64,000 bases of DNA from Eledone cirrhosa (GCA_964016885.1 OZ024743.1:365056001-365120000); one strand, 5' to 3'. Shown: positions 1 through 13,548, counted from the first letter of the stretch. Notes: generated by a model not told the origin, from the letters alone. Program-made: numbers and translations.

Positions 1-2414
1 TCTCGAGACATTTTGTGCGAGGTTCTGAAGACTGCCAATTAACAGCCTAAAGTATCTGTATCTTGGCAGCCTTGTATTTATGGTCATTGGAAGGAATGTA
101 GCAGAACGGCGGTTTCGCGGTTGATAATCAAGTTTTTATTTATAACTTCTCACTTTATCGCAGGAAGATCTGATGCCAGAGATACTATACCATAGGTTTG
201 AATCTATTAAAAGCTTTATCTACAAAAGATTGACTAGTTATTTGTTAAGTTATTGATTTAATTCGATATTAAATGTGGAGGGAAGGCTTATCGCGTCATC
301 CGGTTTAACAATCTAACCTTTCATTTGAGGAGTTCAATCTGTTGCAAGCATTCACTCCAGGCTCCCATTTCCTACACCATCCACATTTTGACATTAGGAA
401 GTAAAGTGCAGTTGTTCGGGCTGGGCAGCAGCTACATCTGACTCCCAAATTTAGTAGGATCTGTACAGATCCTACTGTCAGCCTTCCCCAGAAAAGAGCC
501 CCATCAAAATTCACGTTAATTTTGTGTAAGTTCCATATTCTCCCATCAAATTCGTATTATGTCTGTTGCCAGTTTAGAGAGACAAGTTGTCATGTATTGT
601 TAATGCTAAAGACAAAATAGAAGGAAAAACACTTGTTTTCCTTATGGCGCTATGTGGTTACTATATATGGAGTAATTTTATAACATTACGATAAATGCAC
701 ACATGTTTCTATAATCCACTTCATACAGAACTTCATGTGACCACAAAATATATTAATCGATAGAAGAATTTATCCTATCGATTAATCTGAAGTTTTGTCA
801 TTTGAAGCTATTGATCACCACGGTGGTCAATGCTGCTACAGGTCATTAAAAATGTTATTGCAGCTACATTTGCCATTTTATAAACTCGAATCTACAGGTA
901 ACAAATGTTATTTCTCATACACCATTTTATTTACTGCTAGATATTTTTGAGTATGCATTCTGAATGCTCTTTTTTTTAATCCGTTGCCAAATATCATGCA
1001 TTCACAGATTTCCTTTCCTTTTTACCGCTCCAGCACCACACCACAAACAAAACCCTGCTGTTATAGATCATATTAGTTCGTCACCACCCCTGAATTTTGT
1101 CTGATAACTATATTATCTTATCGTTGTTTGTAGACTGAGGAAGTTAAAACAACAGAATACTTTGTATTTTTCTGGGCACCTCCCACAGGAATATAAACAA
1201 ACAAAGCGTTGAATTCTCATTGAGAACTATTTTAAATTTAAATTATGTACTATTAAGGACAGTAGCCACCATATTTGGATTATGATAGCGAACTTATATT
1301 TCGCTACAATTTGTTGAAAGAAACGATATTTTATACTAATATCAACCATAGGAAGCCACAACAGACTTCACGCTATATATTTCATGCTCCTAATTATCTG
1401 TATATATTATTTAGTTATCTGAACACACCCAATTTCATAAACCCTAATTTAGTGCAATTGTGCATTCTACATATAATATAAGTCAACAGAAAGTTTATTA
1501 TGAGCCTGTAACACTTTAACGAAATTAACGAAATTGTAGCTCATATTTATTGGGAGTTGATTTAAAACAAATTGCAAAATACCTCTTTCTGAAAGAAAAA
1601 AAGAGAAGACAGAATCATAGAGAGAACTGACAAAAAATTGGGATGAATTAAACATTTTTCTCTCTTTGTCATTTATATGATACGAAGAGGATTGGTTTCA
1701 ACACGTCATTTGGTTTGTAAAAATATTTGCTGTTAATCTCTACAAATTAGTTAAATATAATAACGATCTTGTTTACATTTATCCGATTTAATATCTTAAT
1801 GACAATTGCCTTAAATCTATATTTATATTTTTACAAAGACTGTACTACGTCATTTAAAGAATTAAAAGAAAAAATGGGTGTCTCCAAGACTCGGGTTAGG
1901 AGGTTATTTTGAGTTATGCATAGTCAAGCATTTTATGACAATTATTCATCAATGTGCAGGTCAGATTGTGCATAGTCAAGTATTTTATGTTTAATTTAAG
2001 AAATAAACAGAGATTGTTTTTTTCGGAAAGGAGGATTAAATATGTTTTTTTTTAATAAACATGAGATAAGATATTAAAACTTAATCAAAATGAGGTGTAA
2101 AGAAACATAGTCAACATAATGAAGCATAATAAAACAATCAAACAGCCAGGCACAGTAAATATAGTCAAACACAGACAACAATGCGTGTGTGTATGTGTGT
2201 GTGTGCATGTGCGCGTGTGTGTATATGTGTATGTGCATGAACTCGTATTTTGTCACACTATGTAATTAGATTCACGTGGGATATTGAACCTGTATTTATT
2301 TATTTATTTATTTATTTATTTATTGAAACACACTCTTTATTCATAGTCTATCACAGACAAACAGTAAAATACAGTAAAAATAGTGAATTTCCATTTTGGC
2401 GGTGCAAGAAATGT

Positions 2415-2730
2415 AATTGATTGACTGGTGTGTATTCTTTCGACATCAGAAGGCAAAGTTGACTTCTGCACAATTTCAAATCAGAAAGTAAAATGGATGT
2501 GCCGTGATGTGACTAACAATCTAGCCTGACGCCCTTCCGTTTTCGCTACTCCACTGCTTTAATTATTTAATAACGATATCGAAAATTAGCTCTTTGCTAT
2601 AGAAATTAAGGACTAGGACGTAGTTGATTTAATTGACCCCGATATCTGACTGGTACTTTATTATCTCGACCCCGAAATGATGAATCGGAAAGTTTACTTT
2701 TGAAAAATTTAAATTAAGAACGTTAAGAGA
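2415..2730 (-). mobile_element. Two adjacent degenerate SINE copies (octopus OK-type tRNA-derived SINE)
   Basis: Diverged matches (gactggtactttattatctcgaccccgaaatgatgaa; gaaggcaaagttgacttctgcacaatttcaaatcagaa) to the SINE core seen better preserved at 18329, 23015-23626 and 34965. Confidence 0.65.
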
Positions 2731-3282
2731 AATTAATAAAAAAGACAAACAAATCTAACTTAGAAGACAATGCCACAGAGTTTTGAAAAGGATTACCACA
2801 ACAAATGTGCAAAGTCTATTTCCCTGCTAAAGAAGAGGTCAGCCTCATGGGTCCCATGACAAGCTTCTCCATTTTGCTCTATCGTCTGCATTCCCCTTTC
2901 GTCACCTTTAACCGAGTCTTTATTGGTCTTCTCCTCCACCTACTTCTTTCCATATTTCTTTCTATCACCTTCCCAGCCAGTTACATTCATCCTTCCTCAA
3001 CACATGGCCCAACCCTCTCATTCTATATCTCTTCACAACATTCATCACTGGAGAAGAGTATAGTCGATAAATCAACATCTTTATATTTTTTCTCGTTTAT
3101 ATCGCAATTAGTCGAATATAGCGTCATTACTGGCTGGTTTCCAACGTAGACTAATTAGTGGATAACTGATTTATGACGGTGAGGAAAGGAGCGTGTCTGT
3201 AGCTCTGTGAATTTCGTTCGGTGCTGAAGAAATCAGGGTTTTCGCATATATAGGACTGTGATCTCTATATCTATCTCTATTT

Positions 3283-3283
<1 letters not shown>

Positions 3284-3371
<88 letters not shown>
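3284..3371. repeat. (TA)n microsatellite
   Basis: Pure TA run. Confidence 0.98.
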
Positions 3372-3373
<2 letters not shown>

Positions 3374-3539
3374 TACAGAAGGTTATTTGTCACTGATATA
3401 CAGTAAATCTCAATGAACTATGGCTAAAATTATAAATATGAGAATTATATTTACATATATAGAATAACTTTTACAAAGTTAGCGAAGTGTATATTCCTAA
3501 TAAAGCAATCTAAAGTAAGATAGCTTCACCATTAATCTC

Positions 3540-3631
3540 ACCCTTACCGCGGTTTCCACCGATTATACAGTATTGGCGATTCTAATACATAAAACGGACA
3601 ACATCGAAGAAATTCGGTTTCTTCAGATAGC
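3540..3631 (-). ncRNA. Degenerate type I hammerhead ribozyme with long stem II
   Basis: Minus strand: gctat-CUGAAGA-a-accga...tcggt-g-GAAA-C-cgcg-G-UA-agggt; core and palindromic stem III intact, stem I poorly paired. Confidence 0.4.
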
Positions 3632-3769
3632 TTCTTCGAAAAAATAAATTAACATTTACCTGTTAGTAAACAGAATACATCCGCTACCGATTCAGCATGG
3701 TATAAATTTTCCTGTATTTGTAAATCAAGCAACCAAGTAAACATTTTATACACCAGGACACAGTGACGG

Positions 3770-4325
<556 letters not shown>

Positions 4326-4375
4326 TTATTGTATTCAGCCATGTAGAACGATAAAGCATTGGTGCTCCAATCGGG

Positions 4376-4943
4376 TGCCCCTTCGGGTGGTTTTCTGCTA
4401 GCATGTGTAGTGTGTATATTCATATTATACGCAAATATATAAGCATGTAGATATGGTACGTCAATGGAATCGTAATTGACAATATGCACAGAAATTGAAC
4501 GAAGTCTGTGTTACACTCTCCTCTGTAATCAGTAAAGTAATCCATGAGACATTAACAAAAGACGATATTATACATAAACTTCATATATAATAAACTAAAA
4601 CGCTATGAAAATGAAAAAGTAGAAAATGAGTTACCTAAATATAAACCTTATATAACGAAGCAAATATATGAACGTTTATATAAGCGATGTAATAAGTGTT
4701 ATAATATAACGGACGCTAACCGGAAATGTTGACATTTGAAAATTTTAAAGAAGTGAATCTTAAAATAAGCAATACTTTATATATAAGAATATTTATGTTT
4801 AATCAAGAGCTACGAAATTTAGTAGATAAATTACATAATATTCATTTATTATTTATTCAAAGTAATCCAACTTACTTTATTAATGAAATAAAAAAATATA
4901 AAACGGACGCTGTCCCACACTCCTCCCTTTATTAAATTATAGA
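4376..4943 (-). mobile_element. Non-autonomous Helitron, second copy with altered 3' end
   Basis: Reverse-complement match to 23639-24210 (near-identical spurious ORFs 4726-4935 and 23626-23856); 5' end A|TCTATAAT at 4943; terminal ttttctgctag absent. Confidence 0.8.
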
Positions 4944-5198
4944 TGTATGTATGTACGTGTTGTATATCGAATAAAATACGAGATATTTATGAAAAACATT
5001 TGAAAGCCTTTCGCTAAATGTTTTTAATAAACATCTCGTATATTATTCGATACGCGACATATATGTGTATAACGCTATATTAGAGCACAAATACTATTTT
5101 TTTTAATTTAATGTAAATGAGCTTCATCAGCTCATATACAGAAGCGAAAAATCTATATGATTCTAGGTTATTCTAATCTCAGCAGAAGAAGGGTGATA

Positions 5199-5248
5199 TG
5201 TAGTCTTGATAACAGCCAATGCATCAGAAACAACGCGTTGTTGATTAC
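5199..5248 (+). pseudogene. Mutated hammerhead related to the 310-bp array motif
   Basis: gatatgtagtc-ttgataa-...-GAAAC-aacgcgtt-GTT-gattacttc shares stem I arms (gtagtc/gattac) and flanks with the terminal array hammerhead; core decayed to TTGATAA. Confidence 0.55.
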
Positions 5249-6084
5249 TTCTCCATGCTTTTACTGGGATGAAGTGTGTGACGTTGGTCAGAACCTTAAA
5301 ACTTCATAGCGGAAGGCTTTCAAATATTTTTCATAAACATATTATTCAATACACAACATATACACACACGCACGCATCACATACATACACATACACACCC
5401 ACACCCACACACACGCACACACACCCACCCGCACACACACACATATATATGTATATATATATAACTTCAATGAAAATACAAGAATGCTGGATTCCAATAT
5501 ATTCCTTTAATGTTGTGCAATTACATAATTACATAGCTTCGTTCGTTTTCTCACTCACTCAATGACCAATTAAGTTCGTATTATCAAAATTCGAACCCAG
5601 CTGGTAAGAGTGCACACATACGTTAATCAGTGAAGAAGATAACTTCGTGTGGGTAAGAATGTTAATATACCCGGACTGCTGCAACAGTTTATGCGGTCCC
5701 GATATGCTGGCAGTGTTCCGAAAGGAGCAGCTATGTGCAGAATATAAGGTAATGATAGTACACATTACGTAATTAGGCATCGTGACGGTTCGTCAGCGGA
5801 AGTTCGCTTCACTATGATGGAAAGCCAAAAATGGCGTGCTACCATGTTCAGTTGCTAGTGATGCGTGACGTTACATCAAAGAGAAGATAAGCCAGGCCTT
5901 ACCATTTGCAGGGATACACGATGGCAAAATAATTCACATTGAAAATATATGACCAATTGCCAAAAACATTCTATCAGTGTGCTTTCAAATATTAAACAAA
6001 TACAGCACAGTAAACATAAAAATAAATCGAACTAGGTAAATAGAATGAGAAAGTTCAATTTACAATATATATATATATATATAT

Positions 6085-6895
6085 ACCAATTTAAACGATA
6101 CATAGAAAATAAATCGTTTTTATATATCTAGTTGAGAAACAACTAGTATTATATACATATATATAGAATAACAAATGATAAAAGTACTCACTCATAGAAA
6201 GAATCAAGCCAAAATTGTCTAAAGGTCACTTATACGGCAGTTTCATGATAAATTCCAGAATATACGCTAACTGTTTCTCAACTAGATATATGAAAAGGAT
6301 TTTTTTCTGTATCATTTAAATTTGTATAAAATATGAACTGAACTTAATATTCATTGAGCTTTCTTTGTTGAGTAACTTGTTAACTATACATTATATATGT
6401 ATAGTTTTAACCTAATAAAAGTTTAACTACTCCAAATTTTAAATTTGCCATAGAGGAACTATTTTCATTGCTATTTGCAGCATTTATTATGACCAACCCT
6501 GTAATATATGCCTTCTGAAAGACTTTAGTTTCGCCCCATGTGGTTTTATTCGATCGTCTTACCTAGGCAGGTAACTAGTTAATATACAGAGTGAAATAGT
6601 AAGACCATAAGCACTTAATAACGAATGATATTCCCTGGTCTTGACGCTTGTTACTAAGATCGATGCTTGGTGATTGAGTCCAATCATTAGATCATATTCT
6701 GGAAATCATCCTGAAATGACCGTATAAGTGAACTTTAGACAATTTTGGCTTGATTCTTTTTATGAGTGAGTACATTTATTATTTGTATGCATATAATACT
6801 GGTTGTTTCATATTATACGTAACGTATGCTTATAATACTGGTTGTTTCTCAACTAGATATATGAAAAAGAGTTTTTTGTATATCGTTTAAAATGG
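6085..6895. repeat. Diverged inverted repeat (~180-200-bp arms, 6085-6265 / 6693-6895) with internal direct duplications
   Basis: gtactcactcatagaaagaatcaagccaaaattgtctaaag...cacttatacgg versus ccgtataagtg...ctttagacaattttggcttgattctttttatgagtgagtac. Confidence 0.85.
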
Positions 6896-7107
6896 TTTAA
6901 ATTCTGATCTGAGATTAATGTTCATTGAGCTTTCCTTGTTGAGTAACTTGTTGAGTAACTTGTTGAGTAACTTGTTGAGTAACTTAATTGTATATATATA
7001 TAGATTTAATCTATATAGTATATATATATATATAGCAATTGGAAAGAATGATGGAAACATTGTTTCCTCGGTCTGATTTGACGAACTCTGGGATCTTGTC
7101 GATGGAC

Positions 7108-7108
7108 T

Positions 7109-7195
<87 letters not shown>

Positions 7196-7223
7196 TGTAT
7201 ATATATACTGTGTATATATATAC

Positions 7224-7270
<47 letters not shown>
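7108..7270. repeat. (C)n(CT)n(TA)n compound microsatellite
   Basis: Directly visible. Confidence 0.95.
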
Positions 7271-7274
<4 letters not shown>

Positions 7275-7524
7275 GAAAGGTATAGAAATTGTTTTAGCGA
7301 GAAGCTAATAGTATTCTATAACATATATGCGACTATGTCGTCAAGATGGGAAAAATAGTTAACGTAAGATGTAGGAAAAATAATTCAAACTCATCTCAAA
7401 AGAGAATCAGGATACAAATTCATCCACAGAATTTAGTGAAATCCAGGGAAAAATCAATAGACCCTTAACTCATGATAAAATAAAGTTTAAAATACTCATC
7501 CTTCAATTTGGAAAAACATCAAAT

Positions 7525-7604
7525 GCTCTGTATAGTCTTAAAGACTATTTCATGAAAACTTTCAGTGGAGATGGTCACGGTTGGATTTCAATCGTCAGCA
7601 GAGC
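7525..7604 (-). ncRNA. Type I hammerhead ribozyme with extended stem II
   Basis: Minus strand: gctctg-CUGACGA-t tgaaa...tttca t-GAAA-tagtc tttaa gacta-UA-cagagc; perfect 6-bp stem I, stable stem III. Confidence 0.78.
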
Positions 7605-8152
7605 TCAACAGATAACCAGGGCTCCCACAGAATTATAAGCCAAAAAGGGAATTCTAAAACTGGCTAGTTCACCATCATGTGTGATTATGAAAAACGCACA
7701 TGAGGAAAAATGGGGCTAGTGACGTCAGGATGAAAATGAATGTTTGTTTACAAGAAATAACAGTCAAATACATTCCGAAAAAAAACTCTACAAAAGGAGT
7801 TCAGCAAACAGCAATATTATCGCAGTTTTTATAAAAAAAAAACGGGATTAGTCACAGATAATTTAAGCACTCAAGGAAAAGAATCCGAGTATAAGTATAA
7901 ATGAAAGGTATAGAAATTGTTTTAGCGAGAAGCTAATAGTATTCTATAACATATATGCGACTATGTCGTCAAGATGGGAAAAATAGTTAACGTAAGATGT
8001 AGGAAAAATAATTCAAACTCATCTCAAAAGAGAATCAGGATACAAATTCATCCACAGAATTTAGTGAAATCCAGGGAAAAATCAATAGACCCTTAACTCA
8101 TGATAAAATAAAGTTTAAAATACTCATCCTTCAATTTGGAAAAACATCAAAT

Positions 8153-8230
8153 GCTCTGTATAGTCTTAAAGACTATTTCATGAAAACTTTCAGTAACCAT
8201 TTACGGTTGGATTTCAATCGTCAGCAGAGC
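8153..8230 (-). ncRNA. Type I hammerhead ribozyme, second copy
   Basis: Same as 7525-7604; stem II interior differs (aaccg taaa tggtt hairpin). Confidence 0.78.
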
Positions 8231-8337
8231 TCAACAGATAACCAGGGCTCCCACAGAATTATAAGCCAAAAAAGGAATTCTAAAACTGGCTAGTTCACCA
8301 TCATACGTGATTATGAAAAACGCACATATATATATAT

Positions 8338-8474
8338 AATTGAGATAAGCGGAGCAAGCAAGATTCAAACAATTTTTTTAAAATATTTAACTTATAATGT
8401 AAATATTTAAATTATATTTTTTAATTTATTTAAAAAAAATTGTTTGAATCTTGCTTGCTCCGCTTACCTCAATT
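8338..8474. repeat. Foldback with ~45-bp arms and AT-rich spacer
   Basis: aattgagataagcggagcaagcaagattcaaacaattttttt versus aaaaaaattgtttgaatcttgcttgctccgcttacctcaatt. Confidence 0.9.
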
Positions 8475-8558
8475 TTATAGTTCTGGTATGTCAAATTAAT
8501 ACCATAGACACCCTATATATTTCCGGGGGTACTTAGTACCTCCGGTGATATATTAACT

Positions 8559-8668
<110 letters not shown>

Positions 8669-9519
8669 TCGATTTCTTCCAGAAATGTTCAACATTTACA
8701 GCGATGGTTATGCTTCACCGAGGGAATATATCCCTTTGGAGTTTTCTTCCGAAGACGAAATGATTTTAAAATTATTTATTGTACTAATGTTTTTCTCATT
8801 GAATAAGTATTTCTCAGTAGGTGTTTGTAATGCTCACTACATCAAATAAAGTCAACCATAACAAACATAACAGAACTATCCTGTCATGAATTAATAGTAA
8901 TGTAATGTTTCCAGTCATGACTATCCCATCTTTGTTTCAGATTAGCTTTTTGTTATTTTCAAACGGTAGAATTTGAAATGTTGGAGATTTCACTCTTATT
9001 TCTAGCATGATGAGCGACTGCATTCAAGGTTTTCTTTCTGGATCGAGCCCGTCCTTGCTTGTTTAAGTGAGATTTGTTTGCTATTTTTATCGGACGAAAC
9101 GATCACGTAGAGGCCTCCTTATCAATTTGAAGAAACATTTACGAAAGTAAACAAACAGATAAAAATACGAGTATTTCGTAAATCGTCTATCTGTATTTTG
9201 ATGTTAAACCTGAATAAATATTCTCGGAACGCAAATTTCGTGAACTTTGGCAAAACACCCGCCAAACCCCAGCCCAATAAGGCCAGCAAGTGTGCTATTT
9301 GGAACTATGTTTAAAATGGAATATGTTCTCACAAGTTAATCTCGATAAGAGTGTTTCTGCTTTTACGCCATTCAAATCTCAATTTAAATATGTAGATGTT
9401 ACGAAGACGCTCCCCGGCATATGTGATGTCGTTCTTTTGGCTGACATTAGGGCCAAGAACATTGATATAATTCTTCAGATTAGAATTAATCAGTATCTCA
9501 ATTTTATCTTTTAATCATC

Positions 9520-10007
9520 CTGACAGAGTGGTTGGAATTACAGACGAATTACTTTGCAGTATTTAATTGCATCCCATTATGTTCTCAGTTCAAATTAACC
9601 AGAAGTTTAATTTGCTTTTTTTTTTATTCCCGAGAGAATCGATAAAAATGATGGATACCACATCAGTTTCGATGTTGAGCATTTAGTTGTTCGATCAACG
9701 GAGCGTCCAATTCTGGAATCAGCGTGTAAGTGATGGAGTATTCCAGAGACATGTGCAGCCTTAACATAATTTCCAGGCCTAATCAGTGGGACACAATATG
9801 TGACATGATTGAACCTTTGAATCACAGGTACAGTCCACCCAGCACAGTTTCCGGCAACCTAATTTCACTCACAGGTTTCAGGTCAACTCGAAAGACACAT
9901 GGTAAAGACACATGATAAAGACATATGTCCTCGTTTCCACGCAGAGGGATCTAACATTGGACCTCATGATTGTAAAGTTTACTTCTTAACCAATCAACCA
10001 CGCCTGA
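9520..10007. mobile_element. Cluster of degenerate SINE fragments (OK-type, +; second family 9690-9830, +; tRNA-head SINE 9915-10007, -)
   Basis: gttctcagttcaaatt...gataaaaa core; gatcaacgg...gtgtaagtgatggagtattcca also seen reversed at 11555-11630; minus-strand caggcgtggttgattggttaagaag resembles a tRNA A box. Confidence 0.55.
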
Positions 10008-11349
10008 TCCACCGATAAAAATACGTATTTATCAAGTCTTTATATTGGTTGTTATTATACTAATGTTTGTTCCTCACACCATCATTTCTCAACTGATATT
10101 TGCTTCGTTCTTCTAATTTCTAAGATTTAAAAAGTCTGGGGCTTTAAGCTAGTATGTCATTGTCCAGAGAGTCCCTTTATTTTTGATATTATTTAGCTTC
10201 ATGCCAACCGTGATCAAAGATATCTATGGTCAACGGATGTTCCCATCTTCTTTTCCAGTGAGGCCTTTTGTTTTCAAAACAGTCAGGTGTAAAATGAAGG
10301 AAGCAATTATTACAACAGACTATTGCGATGAACAAAACAAGAGAAATCTTTTCGTTACGTTGCTCTGAATTAAAATTCCAATACTGACCGACACTCAGTA
10401 ATATTTTAATGTGAAATACAAATTAACCAATGGTACATCATCTATATTTTAAGATAATGCTGATTTTTTTCTGGCCAATTGAATAATTTGTATTTATTAA
10501 TGTGTAGGAGACTGTTCTCTAAGTTTCTAATGCAAAATACAAGGAGTACGCAAGATTCTTAAAGTAGTTGATGAAAACCTGTGTTAATGGATGGTACATC
10601 AAATATGTGTTGATGTGATGTTAACATTTCTTTGAACATTTCATGATCTTTGATATTGTGCAAAGGGATACATTTCATGTTTTCAAGTTTTTAAAGTTAA
10701 TTCAAACCTATTTGATTCATGTTATTAACGAAAACGCATGTAAAGGAATGATGTTACTGGGTCAAATCTTAAGAATAAAGAAATATTAAGTTGTTATAAG
10801 CTGCATTACAAGATTTTCATAACTATTTTACAAGTCTTACAAAACATGTAAACTGACAAAAGGCTAAACATTAAAAAAAAATCAGTTACTTTAGTTATTG
10901 CTGAATGAAAAGTATGAAAGTAAGTAATATCGTGAAAAACTTTGTTCAATGTGAAAATTATGACTAATTTTATGAAAACAAAATGCAACCAAGAAAAATG
11001 TTTCAAAATATAGGAAATAAACAGGAAAATAATCCATTTGTGATTTAATATTTTAATAAACGTCATGGATTTATGAATGTAAAGTATAAAAGTCAATTAA
11101 AGTTGTTCTTACATTTAAATTGACACAGAATTGAATCTTTAGCACCGAAAAGAAGAAAAATAAATCTAAACAATAGGATAGGAGTAATCCAGTGATAGCT
11201 TGAATCGGTAAGACAGCTAAACTAATTTCATGTATCGTGTGGGGAGAAATGATACGTATTCAAAGAAGAGCCCATCTCCAAAACATTCTCTGCAGAATTT
11301 ATTTCAAGACATAGAGAGGTATCTTATTTTATGATCTTAAGTTATTTAA

Positions 11350-11640
11350 CGGTAAATTGGAAGACTATTTAGAGCATCCAATACTAGCAGTATTATTTCC
11401 ATCTCTTTGTGTTCTGTGCTCAAATCTCGCCGAGGTCAACTTTGTCTTTCATCTTTTCGGGCTCAATAAATTAAGTTCTAGTCAAACACTCCTATAGATT
11501 TTTCTGTAATTGAAATGTCCAGCTTTGTTGCAAATTCAGTTTGAAAATTACCTGAAAGGTACACGTGCCTGTAGAATACTCAGCCACTTACATGTTAATT
11601 TCACAAGTAGGAATTCAGTTGATCGAACAACTACTGAAAT
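11350..11640. mobile_element. OK-type SINE (+) followed by an inverted fragment of the second SINE family
   Basis: gttctgtgctcaaatctcgccgaggtcaactttgtctttcatcttttcggg. Confidence 0.7.
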
Positions 11641-12269
11641 TTCATCGTCGAAAAAGTCGGAGGATCCACTACCATTATTTAGCAGAAATTTGGTACCAAA
11701 AAAGGAACAGCTGTCTTGTATGTCAAAGGTCATCTTGTTAAATTGAGAAGCGGATCCTTACTTAAGAAAAATGGTTTTCCAAATGAGTGATAGAAATCAC
11801 TAAATGGGGTGTAGGCGGAGTATCTAGGTGCGTTGGTGTCTAATGGGTAAGTTGAGTTGATAACAAAGAATGCGCTATCGTACAGTTCAGGTACAAAAGA
11901 CTATGACATGCGCCGTATTGCGTACAATTAATAATGATATGAGGTGTAATTCACCAACAGATATCAGAAATTGGAAAAATTGGAGAAATTTTGATGTGTT
12001 TCGTGAGTCACAGAATACATGAAAAGTGACAGTTATTTGTTGCTATTTTTATGTTATACTTCTATTATAGAAAGTAAGTCAGAATTTCATCAACATTGGA
12101 AACAGAATGTTTTATTTTACTTCTAAATTATCCACAAATAAACAATTGGATTATTAAAGAAACCATTGCTATTTTGCTGTAAAGGATTAACCAAAATCTT
12201 TTGGTTGGTCTGTCAAATTGAATACGTTAATTTTCTGCTTAAATGCAGGTTTCATCGCTTAATTGCAGG

Positions 12270-12530
12270 GTTCTCGGCGAATTGACAGTTATTAGAACGA
12301 AAGAAAATATTATTTGCGATATCTTCTCCTGTTCTCTGCGCTCTGAATTCAAACACCACCGAGATCGACTTTGCTTTCTATTCTTCCGGGGGCGAGAAAA
12401 TAGAATAACAGTCGAAGGTAGTGGACTAACAGAATTGTTAGAGAATCATATGATATATCTTCCGGAATTTGTTTCGGCACTTTGCGTTCTGATTTCAAGT
12501 CCCGCTATGGTTTATTTGGGTGGTAGAAAA
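12270..12530 (+). mobile_element. Two tandem degenerate OK-type SINE 5' halves
   Basis: ggcgaattgacag...ctctgaattcaaacaccaccgagatcgactttgctttc; gcgttctgatttcaagtcccgc. Confidence 0.65.
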
Positions 12531-13447
12531 AAAGCCACGCTCAGTTTAACAGCACCTTGTAGCCATTGGGTAACTTTAACGGAATTCGTTATGTTGCAAG
12601 TAATCGGAACATGTATCCGATTTGAAAGTACCTTCCTAGCTCCCCCTAAAAGTCAACGGGGCCCTGAAAAAGGTCATAAGCACAGCCCTTCCCTCCCTTA
12701 AACAAACCATGATATACCAAATAAAGAAAAGCAAAGATCCCAAGCGTTATTTGTTTTAGTACATGTGTAGAAACGTAAGATTGTTGTCAAAGATTGATAA
12801 AATTCCACTGTTCATCTTTCACGAGACATCATTTATTGTAAAGACATTCATAATCAATTATTTACCTTATCTACAAATTTCAAAATATATGTAATTAAAG
12901 AGTTGGGTGTTTCCAGACATATTGAAAAGCCAGTTGTTCATGGCAACGGAGAGATGACTTATTTACTTCAGCAATATCAGTATATCTGATAGAAGTGTTA
13001 TTTCATCTTGATTTGATAGCACCTCTTAACATTTTTAGGTCACTTAGGACTCCCCCTAGGGATTTGCATGACAAGGGCTTCCATTTCATTTTTACAAAAT
13101 GTTTATAATAATAATACATAGGAATGTTTCTTCTCTAACTAATGTTATTATCCACATTAAATCAGAGATGGTAAAATAATGAACCAGTCAAGTACTGGTG
13201 TCGATCTAATCGAATAACGCCTTGCACATTTCTAGCCTTGTGCCTCTGTTAGAAACAATTACAGGAAAAATTACATACAGACACTACAAGCCAACGAGGG
13301 AGCCGTTATGTGGTCGCTCGGCATGCTAGAAATAGCAGTCGTATCGATCTAGTTGAATGAGGTTCCGAGTTTGATCCCACTACGTAGCATGTTGGACATG
13401 TGCATTTACCCATAACCTCGGTTCGTCCCAACCAATGTAAATAAAAT

Positions 13448-13540
13448 TGTGTATGTATGTATGTATGTATGTATGTATGTATGTATGTATGTATGTATGT
13501 ATGTATGTATGTATTTATGTATGTATGTATGTATGTATGT
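13448..13540. repeat. (TGTA)n microsatellite
   Basis: Directly visible. Confidence 0.97.
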
Positions 13541-13548
13541 CGCATGGT

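Larger units (their letters stand above)
7271..8326 (-). mobile_element. 628-bp tandem duplication (~1.7 copies), each copy carrying a hammerhead; Penelope pLTR- or retrozyme-like
   Basis: aaatgaaaggtatagaaattg at 7271 and 7899; near-identical to ~7700 / ~8326. Confidence 0.8.

Noticed and set aside
4726-4935. Duplicated ORF MLTFENFKEVNLK... (also 23626-23856)
   Set aside because: Antisense AT-rich frame inside a non-autonomous Helitron; similarity reflects the repeat, not coding
5118-5135. Minus-strand CTGATGA (also CTGACGA at 5790 and CTGAAGA at 25)
   Set aside because: No correctly placed GAAA, stem III and stem I partner
7840-8000. Possible decayed Penelope endonuclease C-terminus on plus (SQII*ALKEKNPSI)
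   Set aside because: Too short and frameshifted to support, and opposite to the hammerhead strand
12243-12701. 152-aa ORF
   Set aside because: Runs through two SINE fragments; no recognisable domain
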